DNA of 61,127 nucleotides, the filler included. It is 13 parts of 13 records of this genome, joined end to end, with 100 filler letters (N's around TTAATTAATTAA, not from the genome) between each part and the next. Parts side by side here need not be neighbours in the genome. Positions count along the whole stretch, not along the records: positions 34,873 to 38,373 come from SRR7504441_958; positions 38,474 to 44,328 come from SRR7504441_962; positions 44,429 to 51,397 come from SRR7504441_965; 10 more parts are not named here. The stretch is one strand, 5' to 3'. Below, piece by piece: positions 35,729 through 45,367 of this stretch (its first letter is position 1; every line of letters begins with the position of its first letter). The translations under genes were made by a program, and so were the position numbers. A model generated the notes under the pieces. The model ran no database searches. It saw nothing but the letters and a program-made list of their open reading frames with translations, and was not told where the DNA came from.

Positions 35729-38274
35729 ATGGAGGCGGTGGTGGAGGCCGCGGCAACTGCAGCGCAGCGCGCCTGTGTGCACTGCGGCAATGCAGGCAGC
35801 TCGCGGTGCGGTAGCTGCCACTCTGTCTGGTACTGCGGCAGGCGGTGCCAGAGGTCTGACTGGACCAACCACAAGACCAGCTGCAAGGCCGGCCTGCCCG
35901 ACCACCGGATCGGCACCGCGCAGCCACCCCGGCTGGGGCTGGTCGGGCTGCGCAATGTGGGCAACACGTGCTACATGAATTCAGTGCTCCAGTGTCTGTC
36001 GCACACCCCGCCGTTGACCGAGTACTTCCTGATGGGCCCGTGGCAACGCGAACTGAACAGGACAAACGTGCTGGGCTCGCAGGGGAAGCTGGCCGAGGCG
36101 TACCATCAGTTTCTGCGGCTGTGCTGGCACGGTCGGAGCCCGGTATTTGCTCCAACCAGCTTCCGGCGGGAACTGGCCGACTTCGCCCCAGAGTGCGCCC
36201 CCGCGCTGTGAAGGGGCCGAGCAGGGGCAGGTACGGCGAATTCGAGCAGCACGACGCGCACGAGCTGCTCACCCGGCTGGTGGATCGGCTGCACGAAGAT
36301 GTGAACAGGATCGTGGCGCGAGAGTCTGTGGAGGCGCCCGACTGGAACGGGCAGGTTATTTCTAATTCTGACTAGGGAGCGATGATTTAGCAGACCCGTG
36401 TGTCTGAATGGTTGGGCCAGCCGGACGCCGAGGTGGCGCGGGAGGCCTGGACGAGGCACAGGTCTGTCGGGCGCAATCGGGAGGCTGATGCGCTGCTGGG
36501 TCAGGAAGCTGAACGACTCAGTGGTAGTGGACACTATGACAGGCCTCCTCAAGTCAACTGTGCAATGCTCCGTGTGTGGCAAGGTGATGCGGGCTGCCGC
36601 ACGGCCTGAGATGTGCACCTGCAGGTGGCTATCAAGTTTGACCCGATTTGTGCGCTCTCGCTCCCTGTGTCGCCTCCTCAGGCGATGGAGGGGCGCGAAC
36701 TGACAGTGACTCTGATCACCAGACGCGCCTCACGAAAGCCCCGAAGGCAGGGCCCAAGTGCGGCCTGGAGTTAATTGGGCTGGCAGGTATTCAGTCCAAG
36801 TGCCGGGTTGTGGCAGCGCACGGGCGTTCAAAGATAAGCTGGCTGGGATGTGCCAGATTCATACCGATTGTCTGCTTCTGTGCAAGGCAATGCAATTAGA
36901 ATAATAGCTCAGTGGGGACGTCATGCTACCAGAGCTTCCGTTTTGAGTTGCCCTCCCAGGTGGCTGATGGTACGGTCAAGGCGCTATGCAACAAGGGCCA
37001 GATGCAAATATCGGATGATGACTCATGCTTGTTGGTGGCTTATGAGGTGCTTGGGCCCTGTCACTGGCCTCATGTGGGCCAATCCAGGTTATCCCTGGTA
37101 CACCCAACGCTGTAATCGTGCAGCGAGTGACTGAGCAACCCCATCGACTGGTTGGGACATATCCAGGGATGATACCAGTGCCACCTGGCCAGCAGATAAG
37201 TGAATTCAAGAGTGCAGTCGAGCAGTACTGCGACAAATTTGTCCAGGCGGGCAAGGATGGACTGGTTTTGTCGTGGGTTCAGCCATCGGGAAACATAGTT
37301 GACGCTACACGTAGTCCTGCTGGCGCGCTCTCCGAAGCCGAAGGGACTACCCCTGTGTACGACTTGCTGACTGGGCTGCGTAGTGGTAAGCTACGATTTG
37401 TCTCTGTGGATTGGAGTCATGAAAATGAGCACGAATTGGACGCGGAAGGATTGAGTGTGTGTGACGACGATATTTCTCTCAAGCATGCAGAAACCTTGCG
37501 GCGGCTCCAAAGGGTAACAACACGCATCCTGTTTTGTTTTCCTGAGGCCACTGGTTGTAGGTGGGCAACAAGGACACGATCGCACTTGCGGACTGCTTTG
37601 AGCTTTTCCAAGCCCCAGCTCTTCTGGATAAACAGAATACTTGGTACTGTCCAGAATGCAAGGAGCATGTAGAGGCGCAGCAACAGCTCCAGCTGTGGTC
37701 AGCACCAGAAGTGTTGGTGAGTATGGCAAGCAGAGTCAAAATTTGATAATGTCGCAGGTGTTGCACTTAAAGAGATTCTCATTCTCGAATCAGCTCCAGG
37801 CCGTGTTCAACCTGGGGACCAAAATCAAAAGTCTAGTCGAATTCCCTCTTGCAGAGCTCGACATTCAACCATATATGAATAATCAAGGGCTGCCTGCACA
37901 TGAGCAGCAGAGCACCCTATATGATTTGTATGCGGTATCAAATCATCTAGGCACGATGCGCTGTGGGCACTACACGGCCTATGTTAAGGGCCACGACAGC
38001 TGCTGGTATGAGTTTGATGACAACGAAGTAAGTTTGATCGACGAAGACAGGTACCATTCTCCATTCTAGGGCATTTGGCTGACTGGCTTGCAGTGTTTTA
38101 TCTCGAGATGCGTATGTCTTATTCTATCACCGGCGCAAGACCAAAGATTCCGAACATACTGCTGAAGAGACACTAAGTAGCTGCTTAGGGTTTGTGCAGT
38201 CGCCCGAGGGGTTCATCAGCCGGCAACAAGCGGAGACTAAAGCAACTGAAGAATCGGAGCCAGATATTGGATGA
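35729..38274 (+). CDS. Ubiquitin-specific protease (C19) with N-terminal MYND zinc finger, multi-intron
   Basis: MYND CVHCG...CGSCHSVWYCGRRCQRSDWTNHKTSC, Cys box GLVGLRNVGNTCYMNSVLQCL, EQHDAHELL...LHEDVN, LKSTVQCSVC, WYCPECK, LHLKRF, His box YDLYAVSNHLGTMRCGHYTAY...WYEFDD, then AYVLFY. Confidence 0.9.
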
Positions 38275-38499
38275 TAACCGAAGTCTTGCAGGGCTGTTAA
38301 AAGTGTAAAGTGTTAGGTGACCACTGTGATAGTCACGCGCAGGCCTCAGCCAATTGATTAAAAGTGTGCATTCNNNNNNNNNNNNNNNNNNNNNNNNNNN
38401 NNNNNNNNNNNNNNNNNTTAATTAATTAANNNNNNNNNNNNNNNNNNNNNNNNNNNNNNNNNNNNNNNNNNNNCCCCCCCCCCCCCCCCCCCCCCCCCC

Positions 38500-38982
38500 G
38501 TGATCCAGCTCCATCTCCTTGAGCACCGGGCCGCCAATCTTATGGCCAGTGAACAGGGCTATAATCCACACGGCAAAATTCTGGACGAGGCCACCAATCA
38601 GGCCGCGAATGTGAAGCTTCAAGGGCGCATCGAGTCTCTGCAGCAGGCCTCCCCTTCGGCAGTACAGTGGTGGCATGGCCGAAGCGAGGCTCCACTGGCC
38701 GGATGGAACGAGCCAGGATTTGTATTGATGTTTGACCCACAGATGCTGGAAGAAGAGTTCATTCAGTATAAAATAAAGGCACTGGCCTCTGAATTCTCAC
38801 AAGCAGCTGTATTTGAATACAGACTACGGACGTTCGAAGCCGAAATTGCTATCAAGTCAGCGCTAAGGAGGCGTTTGGTCCGAGTTTCACAAATGCCCAG
38901 AGGTTTGCATGATGATGATCAGGAAGCTCACAACTTGGTGATGATCATGAGATCTGATTCATCCGAAGCTCAACAACGTTGA
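38500..38982 (+). CDS. DUF3293-like protein (5'-partial)
   Basis: GYNPHG....EATNQAANVKL...WNEPGF...ALASEFSQAAVFEY resembles the DUF3293 pattern (TAxNP...N...L...W.E...A..f.QxA). Recalled pattern only. Confidence 0.55.
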   Translation: MIQLHLLEHRAANLMASEQGYNPHGKILDEATNQAANVKLQGRIESLQQASPSAVQWWHGRSEAPLAGWNEPGFVLMFDPQMLEEEFIQYKIKALASEFSQAAVFEYRLRTFEAEIAIKSALRRRLVRVSQMPRGLHDDDQEAHNLVMIMRSDSSEAQQR

Positions 38983-39174
38983 ACGAAGTTGCTCAAGAGA
39001 TCATCATCATTGTGATACTTGTATATATGCATGCAATACTTCAATCTCAATGCGTTAATTACGTGTGTTGTACGTGTGTTGATTAACGATGGCAATACTC
39101 GTACAATTCAATAAAATCAATTATTCAATTACAACCATTTAAACGGCTACGTTTTTCGAGAAACTGACTATCTA

Positions 39175-40399
39175 TCAGTCCTGTAGTCCTGTAGTCGGTA
39201 GACTTAGAGCCAAGTCTATGTCGTCCTGGTTCAGGTATTCCTCAAGCGCCTCAAGGCATTCCGTTTCATTCCTTTCAAACGTTTTCCGTTTCATTCCTGT
39301 CTTCCTTCCTGCTTTGTCACTCTCTGTCACAACCATGTATTCAGCTGAGCCACCTCGGAGCTCGAAGATCTTGCAAGACGAATGCTGTTCGTCTAGCGTA
39401 AACAAATCATACCTCTCCTCAACAGCTGTCGTTTTGAGGACCTTTATCGCCCTCCCCCCCTGGTGCTTCCACCTGTACAGTCATGTAAGTTTTGCCTGTT
39501 TGGATAGGAGCGTACTTCCTACGTGGGAATGATGACGACGAGACCCGGCAGTGATCTTCAAGCGAACGATATTTACCCCAACCTGGTACACACAGTGCTC
39601 TGAACCCATTCGGCAACACGTGTGTCGGCCGGCGATCGCCAGCATCGGTCCATGACTTGACAAGATGTACGCCGCAAACTGACTCGTTGGGTCCAGCAGC
39701 CTTTATCAACAATTCTCGTTTGAGCAGCAGCTGCTCTATTGCCTTGGCATTGGCCTGATTTATGTGCCAGGCACCGGTCGGTGGCGGTGCAGCCTGTGCG
39801 CAGATACTCTGCACCTGCGAGTGCTCGTGCTCTCGCTCTAATGCCTGCCAGTTGATCAATAGGAACGCGCGGAGCGTCACCTCGTTCACTGTATCATTGC
39901 GTTTGAATACCAAATTCTCCTCGCTTCCTCCTGGGGCCTTACAGTCGTACGCATTTAGCTTTACCAAGCGCCAGTGCGTCCGGTACGGCTCCGTCCCTGC
40001 TTGCTCTCGTAGCAACTCGGGGTCCGTGAGCTTCCGGATCAGCTCATAGCACCGCTGCCTTCCTTCTGCTGTGCAGTTGTGAGACCACCGCGTGTTTGTC
40101 ATTACGCATCCGGATCTTGTGTGGAAACCGGCAATGGCATTGAAGAAGGGCAGGTAACCGCCAGGGACTGTGCGGGCTCGTTGATCCGCCCCATCTCTGA
40201 TCAGGAGCTCGACGCTCCGCTCGTTGAGCTTGTGCCACGCCTCGTGCAATGCGGTGCTGCCTTTCTGGTTGGCGGACTGCACGAGCTCTTCGAGCCTTCC
40301 ACATTCGCGCGCCCGCGCCAGCAGGCTTTCCAGCAGCGCAGGGCTTTCGACCGCGGCCCTCAGAGCTTCGGCGGACAGGCTGCCGCTATCGCCAGCCAT
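39175..40399 (-). CDS. Ankyrin-repeat protein with unknown C-terminal domain, 1 intron
   Basis: Ankyrin motif NQKGSTALHEAWHKLNERSVELLIRDGAD...GGYLPFFNA. A GT-AG intron at 39473-39515 (branch ACTTAC) joins ORF 39419..40405 in frame to ORF 39175..39405 (...FPRRK|WKHQGGRAIKVLKT...). Confidence 0.7.
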
Positions 40400-40521
40400 T
40401 TGCACGTCCGGGGTGAGGCCTGAGGGACGTTTTTATCCGTTGAAACCTGCGTGCTCTGCACGCCGATGACAGACAGCCAGAGCCGCTGTTACGCCGGTGG
40501 GGGTTCGAGAGAGCCGGCGAC

Positions 40522-43500
40522 ATGGAGCCCTCGAAGCCAGACAACTGCACGCAGGCCGCGGGTTTGAGCTGGGTGGCGGCACAGCCCACCCCGGTGAGGC
40601 CCAGCAAGGCTTACGCGGAAATATGATGCGCTGTGGCCGCAGGAAAAAAGAGCCCAGTTATTGTGTCTGGCTAAGGATGTCTGGCTCCAGCACAATGTTC
40701 AACGCCTAGCTGCTTCCGGCACGGTGCCAGACCACAGTGACCCCGAGGCTCTCCGCGAGTCACTGTGGGAGGCCCTTGTTGCGGCAACTTGGGAGCGGGC
40801 GGCAGCTTGGGAGCGGGTCCCAACAGAGCTGGATGTCGCCGCAATGGTCCTGGACAGGCTCCTCGGCGACGATGAAGAGGAAGCCGAGGCGGACAGCCAA
40901 ACTGTCAGCGAAGAGCAACCAGCCGCAGCAGCAGCATACATTTTCAGGAGGAAGCAGATTCTGCAGGATCTTAAAGCAGCCATGGACAATGCCTCTTCTC
41001 CAGAAGAGAGAGAAGCCCAATTTCGCAAGCTCGTCGCCGATTTCTTTGAATCCGCAGTCGACATGCCTCTCGTCAGTTCTGAGGGGGCTGCAGCCCGTCA
41101 ACTTCAGGCTGCACAGCAAGAGCTGTCTGTGTCACTCTCCAGCCTAGCGGCTAAGTACGGGTACTCCCATGTTCTAGAAGAGTCAATTATGAAACGAGGC
41201 TCAGACATGGGCGGCCCAGGGTCTGGACTTGGGAATGGACCGCTGGATAGCATCACGTGTGCCAACTCCACGCCTTGCTTACAAGGTGGCACCTCTCACA
41301 GAGGGACATTGTGTGAGAAGCGAGGGACCCTGGTATGCGCAAGGTGCCACCTCGTGAAATACTGCTGCAAGAGTTGCCAGAAGGACCACTACGCGATGCA
41401 CAAGGCGGATTGCAGATCAAGGTATGCAGAGGATGCCTGGCTGGTGGGCAGTAAATACAATGACTGCGGCGGGGACAATGAAACAGGCATGTCATCATTC
41501 GATCCAGAGTTTCATTCAATGGCCATCCACTTTCCGCTATCGTTGCCACACAGCTGCACTGCGTGCCTTGCTGCATGTGGCGATCTCAGTGATATTGTTG
41601 CAACAATTCTGAGCATCCCTGATGAATACACTGGGGAGATCGTGCTGCATCTGAATCATGAGGTGCCATCTGTTGCTTTTTGCAATCTCCTGACGCTTCT
41701 AGGAATGGGCATGCTTGGAGAACTATGCTGCGATTTGGTGACACAGCTGTGGTACTCTGTTGCGCTGACCAGCGAGCAAATGGTTTGCATAGGAAAGATG
41801 TTCGGAGATCTAGTCAACTCGTGTTCTGGCGAGCCGAGGAAGGAACCATTATCAGTCCGCCTGCCACAATTGCCTGACGTCTCGCTTAAAGTCGACCTTG
41901 AGGCGCAGCACTGGTATCGATGTATTGCCGACATGGAAAAATCCATGAACAGCCGAGACATGGAAAAATGCATGGACAGCCGTCGCAAGTACATGCTTAG
42001 CCAGCAGGGCAGAGAGCATGCAGTTAAGATGCTTAAATCTCTCAGCCCATATCAACGTGTTTCTTGGGACAACTTTGCACAGCTCGGGATGCTCCTCCCA
42101 CTGGGTGCATTGAATGCGCACCACAATGCGCAGAACCCGTATTTGTTTGATGTGGACAACGACAAATGGCGGCCAACAAGCCAGCTCGACCCTCTTCAAT
42201 GCTGGTCGAAGTCTGAGGTAATTGCAAGGGGAACGGCTCACGGAGTGCCCCGCAATGACATTTATGGTGCATTGTTCTTCCTCGTCCATGACAAGTTATT
42301 ACACTGTATTCAGAAGCTACAGCGTCATCCGATTCAGATTAGCGTTACTTCATGCAATCCAGAAGCTTTCATCAACCATCTGCGTGATGCCAGGATTCCA
42401 TTCGACTTCATCTCAGGAGTCACAAATGTCAAGTGCGACGCAGATGAGGATGAAGACCTGAGCGCTCTCGTACCACAGGCACCCAGCGAAGAAGAGACGA
42501 AGCGACTCAAGTACATAGAGGCTCGGGCAGCTATGGAACCACCTGATGTGCTTGCTGTATGCTATTTAGCCAGGCATGCCACCAATGGAAATGGCTCTTG
42601 GATCGAAAAAGGCGTCACCAGTGGCATCCCGGCATGCCTCGCAATGAACGGTTGGCATCTACTTTGCCAACCAAGCCATGATAAAGCCTTTGATGCTCTG
42701 ATGCAGTTGCGGCAGGCAAAGGTTGCGCTAGACTCAGAGGGCCTGCTTATGTGGGGACTTGTCATGGAGAATGTACACAACAACGCAGCAGACAACGACT
42801 CGCAAGCATGGAAATGCTACTATCGATCTGCCTGCCTGGGCAACCCTGCAGCCATGTTCAATATCGCAGGTATCTTGGCAGATCGTGGGGAACACGAAGA
42901 TGCAGTTGCATGGTGGAAGAGAGCCGAAGTGCATGGGCCCTCCTTGTTTGAGCTGTATCGTTGCTACCGGGATGGAATTGGTTGTCGTCAGGACAACTTG
43001 AAGGCGTGCAAATACTTACAGCAAGCCGCAGAAAAGAAATACAAGTCTGCCTGTTCAGAATTGGGCAAATGGTATAGCTCTGGCTGGGGGAACGTCCTGC
43101 GAAAGGACCCGGACAAAGAGTTGCATTGGTTCAAGGAAGCTATAGCAGCAGAGATGTGCGCTCCTCATCAGCTGATCCAAGTGTACCGGCTGCGCAATTT
43201 TCTTGCTTCCAATACACCAAATTGGTGGAAATTCATGAAGTCTATTCTTGAGCTCATGCCACGCGATGATGAATGCGACGATGCTATTTCTTGTGAAGCA
43301 TTGAGCACGTTTGATGTGTCCATATTTGCAGTTCAAGGAGCACAGGAGTTCATACAGAAAGTCTGCCCTGATTGTGACGGTGACGTGCTGGATGTGGCTG
43401 CACCTGATTTGGATCCAGAGCTCCGATTTCTTGAGACAGCAGAAGCGCTAGCTCTGACATCAGATGAAGTACAATCGCTGGAGCAATTAGTCAAGGAAAT

Positions 43501-44328
43501 AGAAGAAGCTTTGCTAGAAAGTCCGCTTATCGCTTCTGTGGAAGTTTGCGGTTCTTATGGAAAGAACACTGCAGTGAGTGGGTGCGCCGATCTTGACCTC
43601 GTGGCAACAGCTATAAAATGTTTCGAGAGTGACCTTTATGTATCACTGCAACAGCATGCGGCCTCCTTGCTCACAGATAAGCTCAAGGTAAAGATCATCT
43701 ACAAGCCACTGGCTGTATCTTTTACGTACAGGGATGTTGAAATAGACATAGTGCTAGCGAGTCCGGAGATCGAGCCCATATCACAATGCTTTCTGCCACC
43801 AAGACCTCGATTTTTTCGTCGACCATCACTTTCAGTTCAAGAATGCGCGTTTCTTCGTCAACAATCGCCTCTGTTTCGAGCAGTTGTGCGTTTGTTGAAG
43901 TGCTGGCGAGCATGTGCAAAGGATTGGCCTCATGGTTCCAAGCCGCGGTCCTTCTTTCTCGAACTGATTGCGCTCGCAGCAGTCGAGCAGCTGGATGCAG
44001 CCGGACTGACTGAGCAGGGGACTCAGAACGGCTTTGTTTCAGCACTTGAGGTCCTCTTGCGGGTGATCACTGGTGACCTGAAGCTGTACTGGACCCACAG
44101 CTACCCCAAATACGCAATCCAGTTTGAGCATTATGATGGTCCAATCGCAATCGATCCCCTGGACCCGAGCAATAATGTTGCTGGTTCGCTTCAGATCCGA
44201 GACTGGAATGCACTTACTCAGCTAGCCAAAGAGACGCTTTCCATGATCAATCAACTCAATCCTGATCTGCCCGCCGTCAATGCGAGCTCGGTTCCCCGAG
44301 CCCAAAGTGCAGGGCCTCAGTATACATT
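40522..44328 (+). CDS. MYND finger - DUF4470-like - SEL1 repeats - OAS-like (2'-5' oligoadenylate synthetase / CD-NTase) nucleotidyltransferase; 3'-truncated
   Basis: Probable ATG 40522 plus GT-AG intron 40594-40642 joins the 1239-codon ORF. MYND about 41258-41413, DUF4470-like about 41555-42440, SEL1 about 42800-43150, OAS NTase plus OAS1_C about 43410-44250 (GSYGKNT...ADLDLV, VEIDIVLA, VVRLLKCW, PRSFFLELI, LYWTHSY, PIAIDPLDPSNNVA). No stop before the contig end. Confidence 0.85.
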
Positions 44329-45367
44329 NNNNNNNNNNNNNNNNNNNNNNNNNNNNNNNNNNNNNNNNNNNNTTAATTAATTAANNNNNNNNNNNNNNNN
44401 NNNNNNNNNNNNNNNNNNNNNNNNNNNNCCCAAGAACAATGTAACCGGCTGCTCGGTGCCGCTGGTTGAGGGGTGGGTGCAGAAAGGGGAGACTGCGCTG
44501 GCCGACGATGAGTACACGCAGCGCAAGGCGAGCAGCTTGCGTCTCGAGCCTGGGCGGAACAGCTGGTTTGCTTCACCTAGCCCCCAGAAAACCTCCTAAC
44601 CAGCCTGTACTGATTGTCTGGTACGAGAGTACGGTACGAGTATAGTAGCAATCCTATCATTGAAGTGCTTGATTGGATTGATTGATCACATTAAATCAGC
44701 AATCAGCACCTCCATATTAAATCCCGACCACCACCACACACGCAGTTCGCTGCAGTGCTTGTTGGTACGTACAATGTACAATTCATGTAATCACTAATAA
44801 TACTCGTACTGAATCAAGCAGTTATCAAGCAGTCACCGTCCGTCCTAACTGTTGTAAAGGGTCAAGGGCATCTTGGCAAGAGCTCGTAACGATTGTAGTT
44901 TGAATGAGTTTGGTTCCCTTTGAATAGTTGAGTCTAGTTCCCTCCCAATGCCTTTCCAAGCGGTGTGATATCGATTGAATCTACTGTAGACTGAGCCCGT
45001 CATTCAATAGTCTGCTTGAGCATTGACAATCCAAAGCAAGCGGTGGCTCGTGGCCAGTAATAATGCATTGAAGCTGTTGCCGCAACATCCTACGTCGTTG
45101 CGGCTTTAGGCAGTCCAGCGGCACGTGGCAGCAGCCAGCTCTGATGGAGACGGCCCACAGACTCAAGACATCGCACTGGCTAGTCAGTCATGGGCCCTCA
45201 GCTACCTGTGCCAAGACAAGCGTCGGAGCGTCTATATGCGCCTCTTGCTTTTGTTAGCGACAGCAGATGATGCTGTCGCGATCAAGAGGGATGCAGCCGG
45301 TAACAGGACGCTAGGACTTGCCGTTGGCTCTATCCAGCGACTTCCCCACCGCCTGAACGTACTCTAC

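Noticed and set aside
27841-38274. Apparent frameshifts, in-frame stops or alternative genetic code in HBS1, epimerase, CCA enzyme and USP
   Set aside because: The breaks I traced are resolved by short GT/GC-AG introns with branch-like motifs, so there is no need for pseudogenes or recoding.
38474-38499. Poly-C run at contig start
   Set aside because: A homopolymer at a contig edge, most likely a sequencing or assembly artefact.
39175-40399. Calling the ankyrin gene RNase L, or a HEPN nuclease from its RSLEDH (R-x4-H) string
   Set aside because: It has only about 2 ankyrin repeats and no kinase-like or KEN domain. R-x4-H is too short to be significant without fold support.
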